A stretch of DNA of 44,816 nt from Clostridia bacterium (GCA_017935165.1 JAGBID010000179.1:1-44816); one strand, 5' to 3'. Counted from the first letter of the stretch, positions 5,807 to 15,945 are shown. A program made the numbers and translations. Notes: a model not told the origin generated them from the sequence alone.

Positions 5807-6946
5807 ATGAAAGTTACTGTAGCTATTGATTCTTTTAAAGGCAGCCTCAGTTCCCTTGAGGCAGGAAGCGCTGTAAAGGAAGGCATACTTAAAGTATACG
5901 AAAATGCTGAGGTTAAGGTATTCCCATTAGCTGATGGCGGTGAAGGCACAAGTGAGGCTTTGACCCTCGGTATGGGCGGAGAGCTTATAAACACAGAGGT
6001 TCACGACCCACTTATGCGAAAGATTGATGCAGCTTACGGAATAATAAAAAATGAAAGGCTTGCCATAATGGAGATGGCATCTGCCTCCGGCATTACCCTT
6101 GTAAATGAAAGTGAACGCGATATTTTAAAAGCCACCACCTACGGCGTAGGCGAGATGATAAAGGACGCTATAAAAAAGGGTGCAAGAAACTTCATAATAG
6201 GCATAGGAGGCAGCGCCACCAACGATTGCGGCAGCGGTATGCTTATGGCTTTAGGCTTTGATATACTTGATAAAGAGGGTAATAAAATTCCCCTTGGTGC
6301 CATAGGTTTAAAGGACGCTTACAGAATTGAAAGCAAAAATGTAATTCCTGAGCTTAAGGACTGCAGCTTTAAAATTGCCTGCGACGTTAAAAACCCCTTA
6401 TGCGGCGAGCTTGGCTGCAGTAATATTTACGGACCTCAGAAAGGTGCCACAAAGGAAAATATTCCATTAATGGATTCCTACATCTCTCATTTTGCAGATG
6501 TAACAAAAGGATTTAACTCTGATGCCGACAAGGATTACCCGGGCACAGGTGCCGCAGGAGGCTTAGGCTTTGCTTTCAAATACTTTTTAAACGGCGAATT
6601 AAAAAAGGGTGCGGAGATAGTTACCGAAAGCATTAAAATCGAGGAGGATATAAAGGACAGCGACCTTGTTATAACGGGCGAAGGCAGGCTTGACAGCCAG
6701 ACCGTTATGGGTAAAGCGCCAAGTGCAGTTGCAAGCCTTGCAAAAAAACACGGAAAGTCCTGCATTGCTTTCTCAGGCTGTGTAAGTGAGGATGCCGCTC
6801 TCTGTAATGAAAAGGGAATTGACGCCTTTTTCCCCATACTTAGAAATGTGGTTACCCTTGATGAAGCTCTTGACGTAAATAATGCCTATGAGAACGCAAA
6901 AAACACAGCCGAGCAGGTTATGAGGCTTATTAAAATATTTAAATAA
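5807..6946 (+). CDS. glxK: Glycerate kinase
   Basis: MKVTVAIDSFKGSLSS N-terminus, PLADGGEGT, and GEGRLDSQT..GKAP near the C-terminus are hallmark glycerate kinase (GlxK/GarK) motifs. Length is 379 aa. RBS is ggtgg. Confidence 0.9.
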   Translation: MKVTVAIDSFKGSLSSLEAGSAVKEGILKVYENAEVKVFPLADGGEGTSEALTLGMGGELINTEVHDPLMRKIDAAYGIIKNERLAIMEMASASGITLVNESERDILKATTYGVGEMIKDAIKKGARNFIIGIGGSATNDCGSGMLMALGFDILDKEGNKIPLGAIGLKDAYRIESKNVIPELKDCSFKIACDVKNPLCGELGCSNIYGPQKGATKENIPLMDSYISHFADVTKGFNSDADKDYPGTGAAGGLGFAFKYFLNGELKKGAEIVTESIKIEEDIKDSDLVITGEGRLDSQTVMGKAPSAVASLAKKHGKSCIAFSGCVSEDAALCNEKGIDAFFPILRNVVTLDEALDVNNAYENAKNTAEQVMRLIKIFK

Positions 6947-6966
6947 AAGTCATTTTCATAAAAGAG

Positions 6967-6997
6967 AAACGGGAGAATTTAACTCCCGTTTTCTTTT
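6967..6997 (+). terminator. Rho-independent terminator after the glycerate kinase gene
   Basis: 9-bp stem aaacgggag / ctcccgttt (6967-6975 / 6983-6991) with loop aatttaa, followed by a T-rich tail. Confidence 0.7.
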
Positions 6998-7077
6998 AAC
7001 TGAGCAATTTTGTTATTGCTTTAAAATTCTTTTTATATTAAACTTTGATTAATAGAATGGAATTGAAGGTGCGGAAA

Positions 7078-8763
7078 ATGGATACAAGCTACACTAAAAA
7101 TACTCCTGCTGAAGAACTTGCAAATATATTTATGAAAACTATTGAAAAGGAAGCTATTATTGCCGAGATTTTCAATTTCTTTGAGTTTTCACCCATTGCC
7201 CGCTGTAACGAGGACCCCGGTAAAATTGATAACCCCATAAAGGACTTTATAGATTCAGATTACAGCGATATAAACACCCTTGTAAAAATTATCAATATTG
7301 TTAAAAAGGGCTCCGAAAATTCCGAAAAACAGGAAAAGGAGCTGGTGGAAAAGGTAAAACGCTTTACCGAAAACCACCTTACCGAAAACTTAGGCATTGA
7401 GGATATAGCGGAAAGCATTCACGTAAGCTACTACTACCTTTGTCACATTTTCAAACAGCAGACGGGGATGTCCATTAATACCTATAAAAATATGAAGCGC
7501 ATTGAAAAGGCTATAAAGAAGCTTTCCCTTTCCGATGCAAAAATAGCCGACATAGCCTCAAACTGCGGTTTTAACAACATAAGCTATTTTGCCGAGGTTT
7601 TCACAAGATTTACAGGTCTTTCCCCTACAGCCTTCAAGCAGAAAATTAAGGATATGAAAATCCACAGCTTCTATGAGCTTAACGATATGCTCCTTGCAAG
7701 CAAAATGGATTTTAAAAGCTTTTTAAGTGAGGATATTGAAAAGCTCAGCGATAAAGTATTTGACGTTTCCTCCGTAAACGACCCTGATGCTGAATTTAAA
7801 TTCCTCCACGAAACTGCAATAATTGAATTTAAAAACGTCCTATATGCCGCCTGGTACGAATGTCCCGAAAACGAGCTTATGGGTTACACACCTATTGTGG
7901 GCAAACGCTCCTACGACGGCGGTAAAACCTGGACGGAGAAAGAGATAATTGCCAAGCCTGAAGAAGGCAGCGACAATATTCTTTTTTGCCCGCCTGTTTA
8001 CGGAATTTGTGACGGCAAGCTATATATTTTACTTAACGAAATGGTGGCGCCCGACCACATCCACGCCCTCGATTTATACGTTCTTGATGAGGAAAGTGAC
8101 AAATTCAAATTCCTTTGGTCAAGACCTATTCCCTTCAAGCTCAATACAAACACAGTAAGTCTTTCAAACGGCAAGCTTATGCTGCCGGGAAGAATAGCCG
8201 AAATGGACTCCTTCCCCAATACTCCCGCAGTTTTAATTTCTGACGACGGCAAGATAGACAGCAATTGGCGACTTGTTAAAATAGCGGAAAACGGCGACTT
8301 AGTGGACGAAAGCAAGCTTATTCACCCTGAAATAACTGTTATTGAACACGGAAAAATACTTTATATGTTCTGCCGTAACGATATGCGCCACGTGCCTCTC
8401 CTTTATATTTCAAAGGATTTCGGCGAAAGCTGGAGCAAGGAAACAGCAATTGACATACCCTTTGTAAGCACAAAAATATACGCAGGCACCCTTAAGGACG
8501 GCAGAAATTATATTATCTGCAATACCGATAATCTTGACAGAAGCAAGCTTACAGTTTATTTCTCCGAGAAAAACAAAATGGTATTTAATAAGGAGCTTAC
8601 CTTATTTGACAGGGAAAGCGAGCGCCTGCCTTTTGTTACAGCCTGCCACTACCCTGCCGCAACCGAAAGCGGTAACAAGCTTTATATTATAGCTACCAAA
8701 AACTTCGAAACCTTTATAAAGCGCGGCGCCGTGCTTTTCACCGTAGACCTTGATAAAATTTAA
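7078..8763 (+). CDS. AraC-family HTH regulator fused to a C-terminal BNR/Asp-box sialidase-like beta-propeller domain
   Basis: HTH_AraC signature IEDIAESIHVSYYYLCHIFKQQTGMS...IADIASNCGFNNISYFAEVFTRFTGLSPTAFK. Asp-boxes SYDGGKTW (about 7908-7934) and SKDFGESW (about 8410-8436). No signal peptide. I prefer the ATG at 7078 (RBS gaaggtg) over the TTG at 7045 in the ORF track. Confidence 0.7.
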   Translation: MDTSYTKNTPAEELANIFMKTIEKEAIIAEIFNFFEFSPIARCNEDPGKIDNPIKDFIDSDYSDINTLVKIINIVKKGSENSEKQEKELVEKVKRFTENHLTENLGIEDIAESIHVSYYYLCHIFKQQTGMSINTYKNMKRIEKAIKKLSLSDAKIADIASNCGFNNISYFAEVFTRFTGLSPTAFKQKIKDMKIHSFYELNDMLLASKMDFKSFLSEDIEKLSDKVFDVSSVNDPDAEFKFLHETAIIEFKNVLYAAWYECPENELMGYTPIVGKRSYDGGKTWTEKEIIAKPEEGSDNILFCPPVYGICDGKLYILLNEMVAPDHIHALDLYVLDEESDKFKFLWSRPIPFKLNTNTVSLSNGKLMLPGRIAEMDSFPNTPAVLISDDGKIDSNWRLVKIAENGDLVDESKLIHPEITVIEHGKILYMFCRNDMRHVPLLYISKDFGESWSKETAIDIPFVSTKIYAGTLKDGRNYIICNTDNLDRSKLTVYFSEKNKMVFNKELTLFDRESERLPFVTACHYPAATESGNKLYIIATKNFETFIKRGAVLFTVDLDKI

Positions 8764-8776
8764 CTTTCAAAAAAGT

Positions 8777-8802
8777 AAAGCAGGATTTTTACATCCTGCT
8801 TT
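8777..8802. terminator. Bidirectional terminator between the AraC-BNR gene (+) and the DegV gene (-)
   Basis: 10-bp stem aaagcaggat / atcctgcttt with loop ttttac, flanked by A- and T-tracts. Confidence 0.7.
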
Positions 8803-8805
8803 ATT

Positions 8806-9663
8806 TTATGCGTTTGCGCCCAGCTTTTCAAAGCCTACCAAAAGTCCGCCCTTTTCTGCGTAGAAGCTGCAAAGACCTCTTGTTTTGCTTATTTCAACTA
8901 TGGAATTAAAGGTATTTTCAATCATTTTCTTTAATTCCAAAGCAGCCTTTTCGTTAAAACAGTGGCTGATTTTCACCTTGCCGCCAACGTGGCCCAAGCT
9001 TTTCATTCTCTCCACAATTGCCTGCAAGCCTTTCTGCTCGCCGCGGCACTTGTCAAGGGGCTCTAAAGTACCTTTGTCGCTGGCTTTACCAACTATTCTT
9101 ATGCCTAAAAGTCCCACCGCCTTAGCTACAAGAGGGCTGACTCTGCCATTGTTGGCAAAGTTTTTCATAGATTCCAGCATAAAAACAAGCCCTGTGTGCT
9201 TTTTATATTCCTCAATTTCCTTTGCGATAATTTCGAAAGTCTTGCCTTCCTTTATAAGCTCTATAAGCTTTTCAATAATAAGCTTTAACTCAGGTCCTGC
9301 TGAAAGGGAGTCAATAACGTGAACCTTTCTGCCGGGATTATTAAACTCATAATCCCTTTTAGCCACCATAGCGGCATTGTAGCTGCCTGAAAGACCGCTT
9401 GTTATGGTAACGCAGTATATGTTTTTACCACCTTCGAAAGCCTTTAAGTAGTCGCCTATACCCGGGCAGGCAGAGGAAGATTTACCGTTATACTTTAAAA
9501 GCTCGTTTACCATAGCCTCAGTATCAAGGTAAGCATTATCCACGTATTCCTTTTTATCGGTAACAATTTTCATAGGAGCCGCCGCAAAAGGAAGGTCCTT
9601 TAATATAAAAGTGTCAGCAGAAGAATCTGCTACTATCTTATTCTCATAAACTATATTTGTCAT
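8806..9663 (-). CDS. DegV-family fatty-acid-binding protein
   Basis: 285 aa. Typical DegV layout: N-terminal DSSADT and ITSGLSGSYNAA motifs. Confidence 0.85.
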   Translation of the reverse strand: MTNIVYENKIVADSSADTFILKDLPFAAAPMKIVTDKKEYVDNAYLDTEAMVNELLKYNGKSSSACPGIGDYLKAFEGGKNIYCVTITSGLSGSYNAAMVAKRDYEFNNPGRKVHVIDSLSAGPELKLIIEKLIELIKEGKTFEIIAKEIEEYKKHTGLVFMLESMKNFANNGRVSPLVAKAVGLLGIRIVGKASDKGTLEPLDKCRGEQKGLQAIVERMKSLGHVGGKVKISHCFNEKAALELKKMIENTFNSIVEISKTRGLCSFYAEKGGLLVGFEKLGANA

Positions 9664-9820
9664 ATTCCATACCTTGCCTTACGGCACCTTTCCTTAATTA
9701 AAATAATTAACAGTCGATTTTTGTTGTTTGCTCAACATTACACCTTATATTATATTAAATTTTCCAAAAATTTTCAAGCGCAGGCAAGCGATATTAACAA
9801 AAGCTTTAAAATTGTTGCAC

Positions 9821-9854
9821 AAAAAATTAAGCCTGCAGATTTCTGCAAGCTTAA
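9821..9854 (-). terminator. Rho-independent terminator after the MgtC-family gene
   Basis: Stem ttaagcctgca / tgcaagcttaa (9827-9837 / 9844-9854), with one wobble in the minus-strand RNA. It is followed on the minus strand by TTTTTT (9826-9821). Confidence 0.6.
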
Positions 9855-9858
9855 TATA

Positions 9859-10581
9859 TCAGTTAAGTTCTTCAATATGGTAAACGTAATCCAGGGTACT
9901 TAAAGCTTCAATTATCTCCTTGTGTGTCTTATATTTTTTAAGCTCCTCACTTCTTATTGTAAGTGCTACAGTAAAAACACTCAGGCCTGAATTGATATAG
10001 GCGGGGTTGGCTTCAATATCGTCTATTTTCAGGTTAAGCTTTCTTATTGTGGTAACAAAGTCCTGAAGGTTTGTTTTGTTCTTAAGCTCAAGGTGAATTT
10101 CAAAGTGGTTTGAACGGTTCTTAAGGTAAAATTCAAGCTTCGGGAAAAATGAAAGGCAAACTATCAGAGCAAAATAAGCAATTACTGCAGCTGTGTAAAA
10201 ACCTGCACCTAAAGCTATACCTATAATTCCGCTTGCCCAAAGACCTACAGAGGTGGTTAAGCCCTTTATCTGATTTTTTGAGCTGAATATCAAAGTATTG
10301 CTGCTGATTATTGCAATGCCTATCATGGTAGCGGCTGAAATAATGGGTATATTCCAGCTGTTTCCCTCACATATAAACGTATCCAGCATAACCGCCATAC
10401 TTGTAGCAAGGGACACAAGCATAAAGGTTCGAAGTCCTGCTGCGTGACGCTTTGTAGCTCGCTCACAGCCAAGAATAGCTGAAAATATAACTGCCACCAA
10501 AGTACGCAGCAGTACAGAATAAACGTTAAGCTCAGTTGACCAAGCTCCTAAAAATAAAGCAATCGGGTCTTTTATATCCAT
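9859..10581 (-). CDS. MgtC/SapB-family membrane protein
   Basis: CERATKRHAAGLRTFMLVSLATSM motif, four to five TM helices and a soluble C-terminal domain. I prefer the ATG at 10581 (aaggag 8 nt upstream) over the GTG at 10590 in the track. Confidence 0.8.
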   Translation of the reverse strand: MDIKDPIALFLGAWSTELNVYSVLLRTLVAVIFSAILGCERATKRHAAGLRTFMLVSLATSMAVMLDTFICEGNSWNIPIISAATMIGIAIISSNTLIFSSKNQIKGLTTSVGLWASGIIGIALGAGFYTAAVIAYFALIVCLSFFPKLEFYLKNRSNHFEIHLELKNKTNLQDFVTTIRKLNLKIDDIEANPAYINSGLSVFTVALTIRSEELKKYKTHKEIIEALSTLDYVYHIEELN

Positions 10582-10599
10582 AATACACACTCCTTTTCC

Positions 10600-12039
10600 T
10601 TATCTGCGGTTTCTGAAATTGGAAATTCGCTGATTCGGGCTTAAATACAGTTCTTCGGCAGCCTCGTTAAAGGCGTCTTCTTCCTCCTCATATAGTGAAT
10701 GAGGGGGAATTTCCTTTTGTATAGCCTGAATCCTTCTTACTAAAATCTCAGCATCGCTGAGCTTCTCACCGTCGGGTCCTGTTTCCTCAATTTCCGTTAT
10801 CTCCTCCAGCTTATCGGAATAAGAACCTGAAAGCTTAAGGGAAAGAGCTGCAGCAGCAGGGCCCACTATCTCACACAGTATGCTTGCGGCAAGAATAATT
10901 GTTTCAAGGTCACTGCCCATTTTACCGCCAATGGTTCTTGCTGCCAGAGAGGCAAGGCCTATTGCCACACTTGCCTGAGGGATAAGTGCAAGACCTAAGT
11001 GATTTCTTACCTTTTTGTCCTTTCGGGTAACTGCACATCCTAAAAAAGCGCCTGCATATTTACCGATTATTCTGACGGCGAAATAACATATACCAACTAC
11101 AAGTAACGGCATTCCCGTGCTTGACGCCGAGAAATCAAACATAGCCCCAAGGTTGAAGTTAAGTCCGCTTCGAACAAAGAACAAAAGAAGTATAGGCGGA
11201 CTGAAGTAATTAAGCTGTTTAAAAAGCTTATCATCCTCGGTTATATTTATATAAACGGTACCCATCATAAGGCAGCCTAAAAGGGGTGAAACATCCAGAA
11301 GCGCGCAAATTCCGCAGAAAGCAAAAAGCATACTTACGGAAATAATAAGTCTGTTATCCGTGGAACGTTTTTTAGGCATCGATAATTTCATTAAGAAAGC
11401 AAAGCCTGCGCCTAAAGCCAATGCAAAAACGTTGGTTATTATAGGTTCTAAAATATCCTTAAAGCTTAAAACCGCCGCGCTTGAAATTGTGGTGAAAGCC
11501 ACGGAAACCGCCACGCTGTAAGCTATAAGACTCAGCACGTTATCGATCGCCACAACCTGCAATAGGGTATCAACAAAGTCGCCTTTTGCGCCCGTTTGCC
11601 TTATAGTCATTATGGTGGAGGCAGGGGTTGTAGCTGAAGCCAGCGCCGCAAATATAATTGAGAAGCCTAAGCCTAAATTCAGTATAAAATAGGTAAGGAT
11701 AAATACGAAAAGTGACGCTGTTAAAGCTTCTGCCGCTGTAATTATAAGTACCCTTGGTCCGTTTTTCTTAAGAGTGCTTATTTTGAAAAATTCACCTACA
11801 CTGAAGGCTATAAAGGCAAGTGCAATATCCGAAAGGAAGTCAAGTCCTTTTACTATGTCAGTAGGAATCAGATTACAGCAGTAAGGTCCGATTATTATGC
11901 CCGTTAAAATGTAACCCGTTACGTTTGGCAGGTGGAGCCTTTTTGTAATTCTGGTGGAAAGGAACCCTAAGAACAGCATCAAAGCTATTGAAATAATAAC
12001 CGATGCCGCGCCTGAAAGTCCTTCAATATATTGAGCCAT
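10600..12039 (-). CDS. Cation:proton antiporter (Na+/H+ exchanger family, CPA-type) with an acidic C-terminal tail
   Basis: 479 aa with about 12 predicted TM helices. N-terminus LHLPNVTGYILTGIIIGP is typical of Kef/NapA-type exchangers. Strong RBS aaggagg. Confidence 0.8.
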   Translation of the reverse strand: MAQYIEGLSGAASVIISIALMLFLGFLSTRITKRLHLPNVTGYILTGIIIGPYCCNLIPTDIVKGLDFLSDIALAFIAFSVGEFFKISTLKKNGPRVLIITAAEALTASLFVFILTYFILNLGLGFSIIFAALASATTPASTIMTIRQTGAKGDFVDTLLQVVAIDNVLSLIAYSVAVSVAFTTISSAAVLSFKDILEPIITNVFALALGAGFAFLMKLSMPKKRSTDNRLIISVSMLFAFCGICALLDVSPLLGCLMMGTVYINITEDDKLFKQLNYFSPPILLLFFVRSGLNFNLGAMFDFSASSTGMPLLVVGICYFAVRIIGKYAGAFLGCAVTRKDKKVRNHLGLALIPQASVAIGLASLAARTIGGKMGSDLETIILAASILCEIVGPAAAALSLKLSGSYSDKLEEITEIEETGPDGEKLSDAEILVRRIQAIQKEIPPHSLYEEEEDAFNEAAEELYLSPNQRISNFRNRR

Positions 12040-12081
12040 AGCTTCACCTCCTTTTAAAAGTGCACGTTGTTATAATCACTA

Positions 12082-12110
12082 ATTATAGCACCCGCCATAT
12101 TTATTTTCAA
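12082..12110 (-). promoter_or_regulatory. Putative sigma-A promoter for the antiporter-MgtC operon
   Basis: On the minus strand: TTGAAA (12110-12105), a 17-nt spacer, then TATAAT (12087-12082). Confidence 0.5.
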
Positions 12111-12222
12111 GCATTAAAAAATAATGTTTTCTTTCTTAAAATGCACATTATTTTCTCTTGTTTATCCGCTATAAAGATGTTATTATTAATATGTATGTGA
12201 ATTTTTAAAAGGCGTGAACAAA

Positions 12223-13491
12223 ATGACAAATAAATTTGACAGCAAGAAAAATTTCAAAGAAAAATCATACAAAAAGAATATTTCTAAAACTGAAAGCAAG
12301 TTTTCAAATAAAGCTGAGGAAATTAAAAAGCCTGAAGCTAAGCCCTCCGACCATAAAAAATGCCCCGTGTATAAAAAGTGCGGCGGATGTCAGCTGCAGA
12401 ATTTAAGCTACGAAGAACAGCTTAAGCTTAAGGAAAAGCTTACCACAATGCACTTAGGCAAGTTTGCCAAGGTAAACCCCATTATAGGAATGGAAAAGCC
12501 TTACCATTACAGAAACAAGGTGCAGGCAGCCTTCCATACAGACAGGCAGAAAAGGATAATTTCCGGCATTTACCAGTCAAGCACCCACAACATAGTGCCT
12601 GTAGACAGCTGTATGACTGAGGATAAAAAAGCCGACGAGATTATTGTTTCCATAAGAAAGCTTGTTAAGGACTTTAAGCTTACCACTTATAACGAGGTTA
12701 CCGGCAAGGGATTTTTACGCCACGTGCTTATTAAAAGAGGTTTTTCAACCAACGAGATAATGGTTGTTCTGGTTGTGGGTACACCTATATTCCCTGCCAA
12801 GAATAATTTCTGCGAGGCTCTTTTGAAGCTTCACCCCGAAATTACCACCATCGTTATGAACTTAAACGATAAATTTACCTCCATGCTTTTAGGCAAAAAC
12901 GAAAAGGTCTTATACGGTGAAGGTACCATTACCGATATTTTATGCGGATACAAATTCAGAATCAGTCCCAAATCCTTCTACCAGATAAATCCCGTACAGA
13001 CGGAAAAGCTTTACGGCAAAGCAATCGAGTACGCAGGCTTAAAGGGAAACGAAACCGTAATTGACGCTTACTGCGGCATTGGTACCATAGGTATTGCGGC
13101 TTCAAAAAGCGGCGCCAACATTTTAGGCGTTGAGCTTAACCCCGACGCTGTTAAGGATGCCAAATTTAATGCAAAGCTTAATAATATCGAGAACATAAAA
13201 TTCGTTACCGCTGATGCAGGCGAGTTTATGACAGAGATGGCTGAAAAAGGCGAGAAGTGTGACCTTCTGTTTATGGACCCTCCCCGTGCCGGCAGCGACA
13301 TTCCTTTCCTTAGCTCCGTTTGCAAGCTTGCCCCGAAGAAGATAGTTTACATCTCCTGTAACGTAGAGACAATGGCAAGGGATATAGCTTATTTAACAAA
13401 ATATAAATATAAGGCAGTTAAATTCACTCCCGTTGATATGTTCCCCCACACAAACCACGTGGAATGCGTAGGACTTTTAACTTTAAAATAA
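12223..13491 (+). CDS. 23S rRNA (uracil-C5)-methyltransferase, RumA/RlmCD family
   Basis: CPVYKKCGGCQLQ Fe-S cysteine cluster, SAM-binding DAYCGIGTIG, and FMDPPRAG followed by the catalytic region YISCN. The ATG at 12223 is preferred over the GTG at 12214. Confidence 0.85.
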   Translation: MTNKFDSKKNFKEKSYKKNISKTESKFSNKAEEIKKPEAKPSDHKKCPVYKKCGGCQLQNLSYEEQLKLKEKLTTMHLGKFAKVNPIIGMEKPYHYRNKVQAAFHTDRQKRIISGIYQSSTHNIVPVDSCMTEDKKADEIIVSIRKLVKDFKLTTYNEVTGKGFLRHVLIKRGFSTNEIMVVLVVGTPIFPAKNNFCEALLKLHPEITTIVMNLNDKFTSMLLGKNEKVLYGEGTITDILCGYKFRISPKSFYQINPVQTEKLYGKAIEYAGLKGNETVIDAYCGIGTIGIAASKSGANILGVELNPDAVKDAKFNAKLNNIENIKFVTADAGEFMTEMAEKGEKCDLLFMDPPRAGSDIPFLSSVCKLAPKKIVYISCNVETMARDIAYLTKYKYKAVKFTPVDMFPHTNHVECVGLLTLK

Positions 13492-13508
13492 ATATCAGGA
13501 GTATTTAT

Positions 13509-15917
13509 ATGGTTATTTTATATATTATTCTTATTGCTTTAGTTCTTGGCTTAGCCCTTAATTTTATGTCCTTTATACTTGAAAATTTAGGAATTGTAAT
13601 TATAGTTGTAGCAATTATAATTGCACTCATTTTCGGTATTTCCTATCTTAAGGAAAGAATCGCCGACGAAATTGCTGTAAAACAAATAAGAAAGCGCCGT
13701 GCGGATATACACAAGGACCTTGAAAAGAGCCGTAATTTTAAAAGCGCAGACGAACTTCCCGAGGATAAGGACGTGCTTGCTGCCCTTGTAAAAGATTGTG
13801 AAAATAAGGGCGACCGTGAAAGGCAGTTTATCGCCGCACAGAAGCTCTATGAGGTTTCCGATGACGGTATAATGCTTTCAAAGTGCTACTTTGACGGTAT
13901 AGGAACTGAGAAAAACACAGAAAAAGCCAAAGAACTGCAAAAGGAAACCATTGCCAAGCGTATGGCATACTTAAACGGTTATGATGCTTTAACGATATGG
14001 AATAACTGGTGGAAAGGCACCGAGTACCGTGTGGACCTACAGGCAATGCTTGAAATTGCCAGGGACTTCTGTGAGAAGAAAAATCCTTTAGGAATAGGAT
14101 TTATGGAGGACGTTCAGCTTGCTATCGCTTCCAAACTTCCTGAAAAATCCTTAGCGGGCAACACCTGGCGATACCGCTTAGGCTACGAGCCCTACACCGT
14201 TCATCACTTAGGCCACAGAGCCCTTAATAAGGATGAGCTTCCCGATGAAAACAGCACCGAGAAATATAACGTAACAGCCTACCTTCTCAATAAAGAATGT
14301 GCTTTTGCCGTTAATACTACTCTTTCGGACGAAAAGCTTAAAACTTTACAGAATAAGCTTAAAAGTGAACTTAACTACCGCTTACCCTACCCCAAGCAAA
14401 TAGAAAAGGATGCTATTGCCCGCGCTGAGAAAATATGGGAAAGTATCCGTAAATTTGAAAGTGCCAAAGAAGCTTTAGAAGCAGGCAGGGAAAAAGAAGC
14501 TGAAGCTGTTATGAACGATTTAAAAGACAGTACGGAAGGCTTCAGTTTAATATGGCTTTTAAGAAACAAGGCATATATATTCGCATTTGATAAAACCGAC
14601 TACCGCCAAAGCGGTATAGCAAAAAGCCTGGAAACAAAGGGCGCCGAAATTTACAGAACAAAGGCTATAAACGGAAACGCTGACGCACAGTACCACCACG
14701 CTATACATTTAGAGCAAGCAGCCTACGGAATTACTCCTGCTCCCGATTTAGCTAAGGCGCTGGAACTTTTAAGAAATGCCGCAAGACGAAAGCACGCATT
14801 ATCTATGGGTGAGCTTCTTAATATGGTAGATTTCGGCGTATCCTTCGAGGAAGCAGATACCTACGCAAAATGGATAGAAGAAAACTGCACTACAACCGAT
14901 ACCTTTGAAGAAAGGGCTGTAATGCGCGCTCTTATAGCATATAAAATCCGCCGTAAGCTTTCAGATGAGTGGACTATACTCAGGAAAACAAAGGAGGAGG
15001 CACCGGGCAACAATGCAAAAGAGTGCTATGAACTCGCAAAGAAGTACGTAGAATTAGACCTTACGGATGTAAGGGCAGGCAATATTAAAACAGCAACCTT
15101 TAAGGAAGTCGGTTTCATAAAATGTGCTGATCAAATATACCGTAACGATCTTCATGATATTTATATATTGTTATATGAATACACTCTTCGTATCAGCAAC
15201 CTGATTTTTTACAAATATAATAACCCCTTTGAATGGGAACGCGAGTATTATAATAAAGGCCGTGTAAAAGAAGTTTTAAAGCTTAACAGACACCATATAT
15301 ATGAATTCGATATCATCGCAGCTGCGCTTACACAGTACTATGCATATAAATACTGGGAACGGGCAAAGTCAGGTAACCTTGATGCTATAAATAATTTATG
15401 CAAATTATTTAACGGCCGCAATTTTGACAACGTGCGTAAAGGTATAGACGTATTTAATGATATGAAGATCTATTGGTGTGATGCCGCCACAGAAACCGGT
15501 ACCGCCCGTGGCTACTATATTGCAGGCTATTATAATAATAATAAATACTACCTGCAAAAAGCCGTTGATATGGGTTATACCAAAGCTAAAGAGGCCCTTG
15601 AATCTATTGAAAGTCTCGAAAGCATGAAAGCTGAAACAGACCGTTTATATAGCACTCCTTACCGTTCAGAGAGCCATTCATCCGAAAGGAACAGCTTTGA
15701 AGATTCCAATCCTATGGATGACTATAATTCAAATCACAGCTGTAAAAATATGCCCAATACAATTTACGACAGCAGCAATAACACCTGGCGCAAGATGCAC
15801 GCCTACGAAAATTCTGCCGTTTACAAAAATGATGAACTTGGCGAGGAAACCATAACCTACTGCGATATTTCATCGAAAACCGCTTCCGGCTACAGCAGAT
15901 CTTTCCACTGGTGGTAA
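13509..15917 (+). CDS. Membrane-anchored Sel1/TPR-like repeat protein with a low-complexity S/N/Y-rich C-terminus (hypothetical)
   Basis: Two N-terminal TM helices (MVILYIILIALVLGLALNFMSFILENLGIVIIVVAIIIALIFGI). Sel1-like units such as KCYFDGIGTEKNTEKAKEL and GNADAQYHHAIHLEQAAYGI..DLAKALELLRNAA. The ATG at 13509, with aggag 7 nt upstream, is preferred over 13464. Confidence 0.55.
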   Translation: MVILYIILIALVLGLALNFMSFILENLGIVIIVVAIIIALIFGISYLKERIADEIAVKQIRKRRADIHKDLEKSRNFKSADELPEDKDVLAALVKDCENKGDRERQFIAAQKLYEVSDDGIMLSKCYFDGIGTEKNTEKAKELQKETIAKRMAYLNGYDALTIWNNWWKGTEYRVDLQAMLEIARDFCEKKNPLGIGFMEDVQLAIASKLPEKSLAGNTWRYRLGYEPYTVHHLGHRALNKDELPDENSTEKYNVTAYLLNKECAFAVNTTLSDEKLKTLQNKLKSELNYRLPYPKQIEKDAIARAEKIWESIRKFESAKEALEAGREKEAEAVMNDLKDSTEGFSLIWLLRNKAYIFAFDKTDYRQSGIAKSLETKGAEIYRTKAINGNADAQYHHAIHLEQAAYGITPAPDLAKALELLRNAARRKHALSMGELLNMVDFGVSFEEADTYAKWIEENCTTTDTFEERAVMRALIAYKIRRKLSDEWTILRKTKEEAPGNNAKECYELAKKYVELDLTDVRAGNIKTATFKEVGFIKCADQIYRNDLHDIYILLYEYTLRISNLIFYKYNNPFEWEREYYNKGRVKEVLKLNRHHIYEFDIIAAALTQYYAYKYWERAKSGNLDAINNLCKLFNGRNFDNVRKGIDVFNDMKIYWCDAATETGTARGYYIAGYYNNNKYYLQKAVDMGYTKAKEALESIESLESMKAETDRLYSTPYRSESHSSERNSFEDSNPMDDYNSNHSCKNMPNTIYDSSNNTWRKMHAYENSAVYKNDELGEETITYCDISSKTASGYSRSFHWW

Positions 15918-15945
15918 ACTTTACACAAGAGGAGGATATTACAAT

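Noticed and set aside
9721-9903. 60-aa ORF in the DegV / MgtC intergenic region
   Set aside because: It has a TTG start, no RBS, an AT-rich low-complexity translation, and it spans the MgtC terminator hairpin. It is most likely non-coding promoter or terminator sequence.
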